Position numbers and translations under genes: made by a program. This document shows, piece by piece, positions 15,599 to 24,047 of a stretch of DNA of 32,000 nucleotides. The notes under the pieces were generated by a model that was not told the origin of the DNA, ran no database searches, and saw only the letters and a program-made list of their open reading frames with translations. The number at the start of each line of letters is the position of its first letter. The first letter of the stretch is position 1. Source of the stretch: Xanthomonas campestris pv. campestris str. ATCC 33913 (GTDB lineage Bacteria > Pseudomonadota > Gammaproteobacteria > Xanthomonadales > Xanthomonadaceae); contig NC_003902.1 of the NCBI RefSeq assembly GCF_000007145.1, positions 4,376,497-4,408,496 of the forward strand. The letters are read 5' to 3'.

Positions 15599-16878
15599 GC
15601 GTTGTCCTTGTCGCTCAGGCGGTTGTGCAGGGTGCGCACGCTGATGCCGAGTTCGCGCGCGGCCGCCTTCTTGTTGTAGCGGGTGCGTGCCAGCGCCGCT
15701 TCGATCATGGCGTCTTCGGCCTGGCGCATGGTCCAGCCGGCCGGAATCAGCAGCCCGTCTTCGTCGGCCTGCGGCACGGTCTGCTCCACCTCGGGTGCGA
15801 CGAGCAGGTCGCCATCGGTGCGCAGGTACAGGTAACGGATGAACGAGCGCAGCTCGCGCACGTTGCCCGGCCAGGTGTGGTGGGCCAAATAGCGCAACAG
15901 CGATTTGGTGGGCAACTTGCGCTTGCCGTAGGTGGCGTTGAGCTCGTCGATCACGCGCAGGCCGAGCAGGCGCGCATCGCCGCGGCGCTCGCGCAGGGGC
16001 GGCACCTGGATCGGGTATTCGTTGAGTCGATAGAACAGGTCCTCGCGCAGCACCGCCTGGTCGCGCTGCACGCGCTGGTGGGTGGCGGCCACCACGCGTG
16101 CATTCAAGGAAATCTCCTCGCTGCCGCCCACGCGCATGAAGGTGCGCGACTCGATCGCCCGCAGCAGGTACACCTGCAGGCGCATCGGCATCTCGCCGAT
16201 TTCGTCCAGGAACAGCGTGCCGTCGGCCGCCTGTTCCAAAAAGCCCGCATGGCGGCGGTCGGCACCGGTGAAGCTGCCGCGCTCGTGGCCGAACAGCTCG
16301 CTGGCCAGCAGTTCTTCCGGAATCGCGCCGCAGTTGACCGGCACAAAGCGCCCGCGGCGCCCGGACACGCGGTGGATGGCGCGCGCCACCAGGTCCTTGC
16401 CGGTGCCGGTTTCGCCGGTCACCAACACGTTCAAATCGGTCGGCGCCACACGCACGATGTCCTTGCGCAACGCTACGATGCTGTCGCTGTTGCCGACGAT
16501 GCCCAGGTTGCCCTGCTGCGCCTCACGCAGCCCGCCCAGCACCCGCTCCAGACGCTCGGGGGCGAACGGCTTGGTGAGGAACTCGCTGACACCGAACTGA
16601 TGCGCACGGCCTTGGGTCTCGCGCGCGTAGTCGCCGGACACCACCACGATCTGCGGAGTGTGGTCCGGGTCGAGCCGCTCGATCAGGTCGAAGCCGCTGC
16701 CGTCGGGCAGGCCGACGTCGACCACCAGCAGATCGGGGAAGTTGCTGTCCAGCCAATGGCTGGCTTCGCCAAGCGAATGCATCCCCTTGGCGCGGAAGCC
16801 GCTATCGGTGGCCAACTCCACCACCTGATCGCAGAACTCCACGTCGTCGTCGATGATGGCGCAGGAAAGACGGTCCAT
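15595..16878 (-). CDS. Sigma-54-dependent transcriptional activator, NtrC family (REC + AAA+ + Fis-type HTH), 427 aa
   Basis: REC: IIDDD, LLVVDVGLPDGSG, VVVSGD, LTKPF. AAA+: Walker A GETGTGKD, GSFTGA loop, Walker B LFLDEIGEM. C-terminal HTH AAARELGISVRTLHNRL. I place the start at ATG 16878; the ORF-track start is a TTG. Confidence 0.92.
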   Translation of the reverse strand: MDRLSCAIIDDDVEFCDQVVELATDSGFRAKGMHSLGEASHWLDSNFPDLLVVDVGLPDGSGFDLIERLDPDHTPQIVVVSGDYARETQGRAHQFGVSEFLTKPFAPERLERVLGGLREAQQGNLGIVGNSDSIVALRKDIVRVAPTDLNVLVTGETGTGKDLVARAIHRVSGRRGRFVPVNCGAIPEELLASELFGHERGSFTGADRRHAGFLEQAADGTLFLDEIGEMPMRLQVYLLRAIESRTFMRVGGSEEISLNARVVAATHQRVQRDQAVLREDLFYRLNEYPIQVPPLRERRGDARLLGLRVIDELNATYGKRKLPTKSLLRYLAHHTWPGNVRELRSFIRYLYLRTDGDLLVAPEVEQTVPQADEDGLLIPAGWTMRQAEDAMIEAALARTRYNKKAAARELGISVRTLHNRLSDKDNA

Positions 16879-17405
16879 AGGCGCTTCTGTCCGCAATGAC
16901 TAGTACATGTTCGGTTGAAAATTGTGACGACGGCGCGAAGATCGCAGCCTGTCATCCCCCGATCCTTCACCCGCTGACAGCGGAACCATCCCACGCTTGC
17001 CCCGGTTGCGGCTAGAGCTCGCCACACCGCCTTCGGACGTTCGCCGGCCACAGCGGGTTCTACCAGTGCCAAGCGTCATGGTCCGGCCCGGTCGGCGTGC
17101 CAATCCCGCACACGCGCCAAGTACTGCAAAGGGTTGGGCCTGAGCGACCGCGAGAATCTGCGGCCGGTGGCACGGAGCCATGGATCAGCTCGGTTGATTC
17201 AGAACGAAGCGGCAAGGATGCCAGCGGAGTCAGCGGCAGCCAATGCATCGTGACGCATCGGACTGAACCCTTCATGGGCTCCCGCCCGGGCGACTGACTT
17301 ACCCACAAATTACGCACCGCGTGTCAGCACCATGTGTAGAAACCGCTCACGTGCACCTGCGCGCAGGCTGCCAACACTGAGGCGACACAGGTGATGAGGT
17401 GTCCC

Positions 17406-17702
17406 ATGAATGCACTCTCGGCGCAGCCACGCACTGCGCATCCGCGTGCAGATGTGCAGGCGGAACTGGCCCACTGGCGTGCCGAGCACCGCCGTGGCGA
17501 GCTTGGCTATTACCCGTTCGACGGCATCCCGGAGGCAACCATCCGCGCGGTCTGCGATGCCTGGAATGCGCATCCCCAGCTGACCGACCAGCAGGCGATT
17601 GCCGCCGTGCGCGACGCGTTGTGCCTGACGCCGGGCTCGATGAACGCGGTTCTGGCGGACTGGCTGGCCCCGCGCTGCCTGCGCCATCTGCGTCGTGCTT
17701 GA
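17406..17702 (+). CDS. Hypothetical protein, 98 aa
   Basis: ATG at 17406 is preceded by GAGG (17396-17399). Reasonable GC3. No recognisable motif (MNALSAQPRTAHPRADVQAELAHWRAEHRRGELGYYPFDG...). Confidence 0.45.
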   Translation: MNALSAQPRTAHPRADVQAELAHWRAEHRRGELGYYPFDGIPEATIRAVCDAWNAHPQLTDQQAIAAVRDALCLTPGSMNAVLADWLAPRCLRHLRRA

Positions 17703-17968
17703 ACACGCGACGCGACAGCGCCCGGTAGCGCGCGAACGCCGATCTGTGCAGCCGATCACGGTCGCGCCTGGCCTGGGCGCGGACCCTGTTCGCGCAGTGT
17801 TGCGTCAGCGCGGCGTACCTGCGCGCCAGGCGGGCGTGATGCCGGCTGCGGTGCCAGCTGCACTCAGCCAGCGTGGTTGCTTGCTGCGTGCGGCCTGTGC
17901 CGGCGTCGCACGCAGCGGGGCCGGTGCGGCTGGCCTGCCCGCGCCTGCCCAGCCCGCCCTCTAGGGAG

Positions 17969-19384
17969 ATGTCTGTGGACGCGTTGCTGCTTTCCCGCAT
18001 CCAGTTTGCGTTCGTGATTTCGTTCCATGTGCTGTTCCCCGCCTTCACGATCGGGCTGGCCAGCCTGTTGGGGTTTCTGGAATGGCGCTGGTTGCGCAGC
18101 CACGACGACGTATGGAAGCGCCTGTATTTCTTCTGGCTGCGGATCTTCGCGGTGTCGTTTGGCATGGGCGTGGTCAGCGGCATCGTGATGGCGTTCCAGT
18201 TCGGCGCCAACTGGCCGGAGCTGAGCCGCATCGCTGGCGGGGTGATCGGCCCGCTGCTCAGCTATGAAGTGCTCACTGCGTTCTTTCTGGAGGCGAGCTT
18301 CCTCGGCGTGATGTTGTTTGGCTGGGGGCGCGTGTCCGAGCGGCTGCATTTTTTCGCCACCTGCATGGTGGCCCTGGGCACGTTGGTGTCCACGTTCTGG
18401 ATCCTCTCGTCCAACAGCTGGCTGCACACCCCGCGCGGCTTCAACATGGTCAATGGCGTGGTGCATCCGGTGGACTGGCTGCAGATCATCTTCAACCCGT
18501 CGTTCCCGTACCGGCTCACCCATATGGCGCTGGGCTCGTTCATCACCACCTGCTTTGTGGTGGGCGGCGTGGGCGCGTACTACCTGCGCAAGCGCAAGCA
18601 TGTGGACGCGGCGGCGCTGATGCTGCGGCTGGCGGTGGCGTTTGCCGCCATCGTGTTGCCGATCCAGGTGTTGGTGGGCGACCAGCACGGGCTCAACACG
18701 CTGGAACACCAGCCGATGAAAGTGGCGGCGATGGAAGCGCACTGGCACAGCGATGGCGACGGCAATGGCGTGCCGCTGGTGGTGTTCGGCGTGCCCAATG
18801 CCGAGGCCGAGCGCAACGATTACGAAGTGGCGATCCCACGCCTAGGCAGCCTGATCCTGACCCATTCGCTGGATGGCGAAATCGCCCCGCTCACCTCGGT
18901 GCCGCGCGAGGAGCGCCCGCCGGTGGCGCCGGTGTTCTTCGCATTCCGCATCATGGTGGGCCTGGGCATGGCCATGCTGGTGCTGGCCTGGATCTCGGCC
19001 ATTGCGTGGTGGCGCGGACGGCTGCACGCGCGCCCGCTGATCATTGCCTGGAACCTCATGTTACCGGCCGGCTTCATTGCGCTGGTGGCCGGGTGGTTCG
19101 TCACCGAGATCGGCCGCCAACCGTATGTGGTGTACGGGCTGCTCCGCACGGCCGATGCGATGGGCCCGCAATCGACCGCGATGGTGGCGGTGTCGCTGGC
19201 GGTCTACCTGGCCGGCTATGCCTTCGTGTTCGGCTGGGGTATCTGGTACTTGGCCAAGCTGATCCGCACCGGCCCGCAACCGCGAGGCGATGGCCCGGAC
19301 GTGGCCAGCGGCGAACACACGCCTGCGCGGCCGTTGTCGGCGGCCGATGAATCCCTGGAACAGGAGCACGCGCCATGGACCTGA
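17969..19384 (+). CDS. cydA: Cytochrome bd-type quinol oxidase subunit I (short Q-loop / CIO-like length)
   Basis: ...LSRIQFAFVISFHVLFPAFTIGLASLL... N-terminus plus TM-rich sequence typical of CydA/CioA. The start is ATG 17969 (GGGAG abuts it) or GTG 17975 (better spacing). Confidence 0.92.
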   Translation: MSVDALLLSRIQFAFVISFHVLFPAFTIGLASLLGFLEWRWLRSHDDVWKRLYFFWLRIFAVSFGMGVVSGIVMAFQFGANWPELSRIAGGVIGPLLSYEVLTAFFLEASFLGVMLFGWGRVSERLHFFATCMVALGTLVSTFWILSSNSWLHTPRGFNMVNGVVHPVDWLQIIFNPSFPYRLTHMALGSFITTCFVVGGVGAYYLRKRKHVDAAALMLRLAVAFAAIVLPIQVLVGDQHGLNTLEHQPMKVAAMEAHWHSDGDGNGVPLVVFGVPNAEAERNDYEVAIPRLGSLILTHSLDGEIAPLTSVPREERPPVAPVFFAFRIMVGLGMAMLVLAWISAIAWWRGRLHARPLIIAWNLMLPAGFIALVAGWFVTEIGRQPYVVYGLLRTADAMGPQSTAMVAVSLAVYLAGYAFVFGWGIWYLAKLIRTGPQPRGDGPDVASGEHTPARPLSAADESLEQEHAPWT

Positions 19385-20394
19385 ATTACTGGCTGCCGGT
19401 GGTGTGGTTCGGCGTGATCGGCTTCGGCGTGCTGATGTACGTGGTGCTGGACGGCTTCGTACTGGGGCTGGGCATGCTGGCACCGTTTGCGCGCGACGAG
19501 CAGGAAGTGGACCTGATGATGAACACCGCCGCGCCCATCTGGGACGGCAACGAGACCTGGCTGGTGCTTGGCGGGGCCGGGCTGTTTGCGGCGTTCCCTA
19601 CCGCGTATGCAGTGATCCTCTCCGGGCTGTATCTACCGGTGCTGTTGATGGTGATGGCGCTGGTGTTTCGCGGCGTGGCGTTTGAATTTCGCTTCAAGGC
19701 GCATCGCTCGCGGCGGCTGTGGACGCTGTCGTTCATTGGCGGCTCGATGCTCACCGCCTTTGCGCAAGGCATCATCCTGGGCGCATTGGTGGAAGGCATG
19801 GCGTTGGACAACGGCCGCTACGTCGGCGGCGTGTTCGGTTGGTTCAGCCCGTTCACCATCCTCACCGGGGTGGCGCTGGTGTTCGGTTATGCGTTGCTCG
19901 GCAGCACCTGGTTGATCCTCAAGACCGATGGCCGCACCCACGAACTGGCGCGCCAGCTCACCCGCCCGCTGGTGGGCGTGGTGGTGGCCTTCATGGTGCT
20001 GGTGAGCGCGTGGCTGCCGTTCTTGAGTTCGCACGTGATGGCGCGCTGGTTCGAGCACGGCAACTTCTGGTGGCTGTCGCCGATCCCGGTGATCACCGCG
20101 GTGGTGGCGATGCTGCTGTGGCGCGCCGGCAATACCTCGCGCAACCACGCCTCGCCATTCCTGTTGACCCTGGCGATCTTCGTGCTGGGCTTCATCGGCC
20201 TGGTGCTGGGCATGTGGCCGTACCTGGTGCCGCCGAGTTACACCATCTGGCAGGCGGCGGCGCCACCGTCATCGCAGATCTTCCCGATGGTGGGCTTGAT
20301 CGTGCTGCTGCCGCTGGTGCTGGGCTATACCGCGTGGTCGTACCGGGTGTTCCGCGGCAAGATCGCTGCGGATGTGGGCTACCACCATCATTGA
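19375..20394 (+). CDS. cydB: Cytochrome bd-type quinol oxidase subunit II, 339 aa
   Basis: MDLNYWLPVVWFGVIGFGVLMYVVLDGFVLGLGML... is the canonical CydB N-terminus. Its ATG overlaps the cydA 3' end by 10 nt. Confidence 0.9.
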   Translation: MDLNYWLPVVWFGVIGFGVLMYVVLDGFVLGLGMLAPFARDEQEVDLMMNTAAPIWDGNETWLVLGGAGLFAAFPTAYAVILSGLYLPVLLMVMALVFRGVAFEFRFKAHRSRRLWTLSFIGGSMLTAFAQGIILGALVEGMALDNGRYVGGVFGWFSPFTILTGVALVFGYALLGSTWLILKTDGRTHELARQLTRPLVGVVVAFMVLVSAWLPFLSSHVMARWFEHGNFWWLSPIPVITAVVAMLLWRAGNTSRNHASPFLLTLAIFVLGFIGLVLGMWPYLVPPSYTIWQAAAPPSSQIFPMVGLIVLLPLVLGYTAWSYRVFRGKIAADVGYHHH

Positions 20395-20426
20395 TGCTGA
20401 AGTGCGCGTTGCATTCCCGCGACATG

Positions 20427-20459
20427 AAAAACGCCCGCGCGATGCGGGCGTTGTTATTT
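20427..20459. terminator. Bidirectional intrinsic terminator after cydB
   Basis: AAAA-ACGCCCGC-gcgat-GCGGGCGT-TGTTATTT. 8-bp stem with flanking A and T runs, between cydB (+) and the 61-aa ORF (-). Confidence 0.8.
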
Positions 20460-20476
20460 GCACCGATGCGCGGCGG

Positions 20477-20662
20477 TCAACGCCGCTCGGACCCGTCCGG
20501 ACGTTCGTAGTCGTGCTCTGGGTCGGCCTTGTTGACGTCACGGTCTTCATCGGGCATGTCGTGCTCCTTCCATTTGACGTCCTCGTTGCGCCGCTCTTGC
20601 GGCGTGAACGGCTTCTTCTGGTCGTCTTCCGGACCCCACGGTTTTTTTGGTTCGGTCCCCAT
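20477..20662 (-). CDS. Small highly charged hydrophilic protein, 61 aa
   Basis: ATG at 20662 with GGAG 5 nt upstream. GC3-biased codons. MGTEPKKPWGPEDDQKKPFTPQERRNEDVKWKEHDMPDEDRD... has no hydrophobic segment. Confidence 0.5.
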   Translation of the reverse strand: MGTEPKKPWGPEDDQKKPFTPQERRNEDVKWKEHDMPDEDRDVNKADPEHDYERPDGSERR

Positions 20663-20763
20663 ATGCACTCCGCTCTGGACACAGTGTCGTTGTGCTCAAC
20701 GCTAGGCACGCGCGCATTGCCGAAGGGTGAAGGTGCAGCAGCGTTACGTGAAGGCAGCGCCCC

Positions 20764-21405
20764 TCATCCACCGGTCTGGGAATTCGGTGCGGCCACCGGC
20801 TTGGATTGCGGCGAGTCCTTCTGACGCAACCAGATGGTCAGCACCACCAGCGAAAACACCGCCAAAAATTCGCTCTGCCAGTTCTGCATCGACTCGAACC
20901 AGAACGCGGCATCGGTGAAGTGCTGCAGCAAACTGATCGGCGGCAGCCCCTGCTGCGCGCGCTCGGCCAGTTCCAGCCGCCAGCTTCCCAGCAGATGCAG
21001 CACAAAGCTCAGCAGGAACAGCACACCGAAGGCGATGGCCAGCGAGTGCTCGTACAGACGCAACCACAGGCCGCCCTTGCGCACCGGCCACGGGGTGCGG
21101 CCCGGCGCAATCTCGCTCGTTTCTTCATCAGGATCGAGCGGCCGCGATTCGGCCGAGCCCACCTGGCGCAGCTTGACGGTGAGCAGCACATACATGCCCA
21201 TCTGCAGGAATTCGCTTTCCCAGTTTTCAAACAACGCAGAGACGAAGTGCCCGCTGCGCAGGTACTGGCCCAGCGTCAGGGTTGCCTGGCCCAACTGTGC
21301 CAGTTCCTCGTTATAGGCATGCAACCCCGCATACACCTGGGCGGCGATAAACAGCAGCGTCAGCCCAAGCAGACACAACGACAAACCATGACGACGAAAG
21401 ATCAT
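20764..21405 (-). CDS. Membrane protein with internal duplication (DUF6766-like, from memory), 213 aa
   Basis: ATG at 21405 with GAGGAG 7 nt upstream. Two similar halves, each TM - ...NW(E/Q)SEFL... - TM - LRQ...S..S+P. The ORF-track 5' extension is rejected. Confidence 0.75.
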   Translation of the reverse strand: MIFRRHGLSLCLLGLTLLFIAAQVYAGLHAYNEELAQLGQATLTLGQYLRSGHFVSALFENWESEFLQMGMYVLLTVKLRQVGSAESRPLDPDEETSEIAPGRTPWPVRKGGLWLRLYEHSLAIAFGVLFLLSFVLHLLGSWRLELAERAQQGLPPISLLQHFTDAAFWFESMQNWQSEFLAVFSLVVLTIWLRQKDSPQSKPVAAPNSQTGG

Positions 21406-21615
21406 CTGTACGCTCCTCTGATACCGAAAGTATTCGAGCAAGCACAGCAAAAACGCATGAATACTGCGTGGTGAACCGCCGCAATCAGCAGCGAGTGAGT
21501 GCCGCGCGGCGGTGTGCGTAGCCAACACACATCGCGGCGACATCGCCTATGCCCGATATTTACTTCTGCGTGGCCACACTGACCGTCCAGCTTCCTTCCC
21601 CGTCAGGAGATCACC

Positions 21616-22482
21616 ATGCCCGTGCCCAACTACCCGCGCCCGCCATTCAAGCCGCAGCAGCAAGGCTTCCCCGGCAAGACCGACAAGATGGACCCGCGCC
21701 CGGATCACGGCGAAGACAGCTATGTGGGCCACGGGCAGCTGAAAGGTAAACGCGCGTTGATCACCGGTGGCGACAGCGGCATTGGCGCCGCCGTGGCCAT
21801 CGCTTACGCACGCGAAGGCGCGGATGTGGCCATCGCCTTCCTGCCGGATGAGCAGGAAGACGCATCACGCATCGGTGCGTTGATCGAAAAAGCCGGCGTG
21901 CGCGCACTGCTGGTGGGTTGCGACATCAGCGACCCCAACCAGGCTGCGTCCTTGATCGACAAGGTCAACAGCGAATTCGGCGGGTTGGACATCTTGGTCA
22001 ACAACGCCGGCTACCAGAAGTACTTCCAAAGCTTCGAAGAAATCACCCTGGACGAGTGGCGCAAGACCTTCGATACAAACGTGCATGCAGTGTTCAACCT
22101 GGTGCGCTTGTCGGTGCCGTTGATGAAGGACGGCGGTTCCATCATCAATACCGCTTCGGTGCAATCCAAGAAGCCCACGCCAAACATCCTTCCCTATGGC
22201 GCAACCAAGGGTGCGCTGGCCAATCTCACCATCGGCCTGGCCGGCGTGCTGGCCGAAAAGCAGATCCGCGTCAATGCGGTGCTGCCGGGCCCGATCTGGA
22301 CACCGTTCATTCCCGCCGGCATGGACGAAGAATCGGTGGAAAGCTTCGGCTCGCAAACGCCGATGGGCCGCCCCGGCCAACCAGTGGAGCTTGCATCGGC
22401 CTACGTGATGCTGGCCTCCGATACCGCCAGCTACACCTCCGGCACCTTGCTCACCATCTCCGGTGGCGCGGTCACGCTCTGA
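21616..22482 (+). CDS. SDR-family oxidoreductase, YghA/YdaD (general-stress) type, 288 aa
   Basis: AGGAG RBS. ...GKRALITGGDSGIGAAVAIAYAREGADVAIAFLP.E.EDA... and ...IRVNAVLPGPIWTP... match remembered E. coli YghA closely. Confidence 0.9.
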   Translation: MPVPNYPRPPFKPQQQGFPGKTDKMDPRPDHGEDSYVGHGQLKGKRALITGGDSGIGAAVAIAYAREGADVAIAFLPDEQEDASRIGALIEKAGVRALLVGCDISDPNQAASLIDKVNSEFGGLDILVNNAGYQKYFQSFEEITLDEWRKTFDTNVHAVFNLVRLSVPLMKDGGSIINTASVQSKKPTPNILPYGATKGALANLTIGLAGVLAEKQIRVNAVLPGPIWTPFIPAGMDEESVESFGSQTPMGRPGQPVELASAYVMLASDTASYTSGTLLTISGGAVTL

Positions 22483-22508
22483 CCAACACAGCGTATCCGC
22501 GTTCTACA

Positions 22509-22538
22509 ACGCCACTCACTCGAGTGGCGTTTTTGTTT
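22509..22538 (+). terminator. Intrinsic terminator after the SDR gene
   Basis: ACGCCACTC-actc-GAGTGGCGT followed by TTTTGTTT. Confidence 0.85.
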
Positions 22539-22860
22539 GAGCATCACTGCAGATGCGCGCACATCAGACACTGCATCTGGCAGCCACGTCCGTGCGTGAT
22601 TTTCCGGTCAAGGCCGCACTCGCGCTGCGCATACTTGCTGTTGCGTTTCTTCTAACGGCGCGATCCATACCGTAGACACCACTGGATCGTGATGCATGAC
22701 CTCTTCCGCGTTGCCACTTCTTGCCGCAGGCACCACGCGGCGGTGAAGCAGTGCGCCTTGGGAATCAGGGCCATCACACATGCGCACCCGGACGTGCGAT
22801 CCGGCGCAGCACGCGCCACTGGCTAGCTCGCGCGCCCGCGCCCCCACAAGGCCCACAGCA

Positions 22861-24012
22861 ATGAGAATCCTGGTCACCGGCGGTACCGGCTACATCGGCT
22901 CCCACACCTGCGTTGAATTGGCGCGGCGCGGGCATGAAATCTGCATCGTCGACAATCTGAGTAATTCATCCGAGCGCGTGCTCGATCACCTGGCCCACCT
23001 GATTGGCGCGCGCCCGGCATTTCATTGCATGGACGTGCGTGCGCCCGAGCTTGCCGAGCTGATGCAGCGCGAGCGGATCGAGGCGGTGATCCACTTCGCC
23101 GCGCTCAAGGCGGTGGGTGAATCGGTGCGCGAGCCGCTGCGCTACTTCAACAACAATGTCACCGGCACGCTGGCGCTGCTGCGTGCGATGCGCAGCGCGG
23201 GGGTGGCCAACCTGGTGTTCAGTTCGTCCGCCACCGTGTACGGCGACGAGAACAGCAGCCCGATCGAGGAACACGCGCCGTTGAAGGCGATCAACCCGTA
23301 TGGGCGCACCAAGCTGATGATGGAAGAAATGATCGGCGACCTGAGCGCGGCCTGGCCGCAATTCAACGCCGCACTGCTGCGCTACTTCAACCCGGTGGGT
23401 GCGCATCCCAGCGGATATCTCGGCGAAGACCCGCGTGGCGTGCCGAACAATCTGATGCCGTACATCGCCCAGGTGGCAGTGGGCCGCCGCGATGCGCTGC
23501 AGGTGTTCGGCGACGACTACCCCACCCCTGACGGCACCGGCGTGCGCGACTATCTGCACGTGATGGATCTGGCGCGCGCGCATGTGGATGCCATCGAGTA
23601 TCTGCACCACGAGCGCCAGGGGCTGGTGGTCAACCTGGGCACCGGCCGGGGCCACAGCGTGCTGGAAGTTGCCGCCGCATTCGAGCGGGCCAGCGGGCGG
23701 CGTATTCCGCTGCAGTTTGCACCGCGGCGCGATGGCGACGTGGCGGTGTATTACGCCAGCACCGCGCTGGCCAACCGACTGCTCGGCTGGAAGGCGCAAT
23801 ACGACCTGGAGCGCATGTGCGCCGATACCTGGCGCTGGCAGTCGCTGCATCCGGAAGGCTATGCGCAATCGCGCCTGGTGCGCCCGCGCGCCACCGCGCC
23901 GATGGGCGAACGCGTGGCGCCGCTGCGCAAGCTGCTGCCCGGCAGCGATGGGCGCCGCCGTCACGAGCCCGCACGTGCCTTGCTGCCCGCACACGGGCAT
24001 TCCGGCGCCTGA
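22861..24012 (+). CDS. galE: UDP-glucose 4-epimerase with a ~49-aa C-terminal tail, 383 aa
   Basis: MRILVTGGTGYIGSHTCVEL..., YGRTK (YxxxK), ...DYLHVMDLA..., ...DTWRWQSLHPEGY. E. coli GalE ends about here; this ORF continues with an Arg/Pro-rich tail. Confidence 0.92.
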   Translation: MRILVTGGTGYIGSHTCVELARRGHEICIVDNLSNSSERVLDHLAHLIGARPAFHCMDVRAPELAELMQRERIEAVIHFAALKAVGESVREPLRYFNNNVTGTLALLRAMRSAGVANLVFSSSATVYGDENSSPIEEHAPLKAINPYGRTKLMMEEMIGDLSAAWPQFNAALLRYFNPVGAHPSGYLGEDPRGVPNNLMPYIAQVAVGRRDALQVFGDDYPTPDGTGVRDYLHVMDLARAHVDAIEYLHHERQGLVVNLGTGRGHSVLEVAAAFERASGRRIPLQFAPRRDGDVAVYYASTALANRLLGWKAQYDLERMCADTWRWQSLHPEGYAQSRLVRPRATAPMGERVAPLRKLLPGSDGRRRHEPARALLPAHGHSGA

Positions 24013-24047
24013 CGCGCCACTCCCCTTCCCCCGATCGAGGACCTTGC

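Noticed and set aside
20395-20476. Possible cydX-like mini-ORF after cydB.
   Set aside because: The only short frame there (MLKCALHSRDMKNARAMRALLF...) is not a hydrophobic single-TM peptide and runs through the terminator hairpin.
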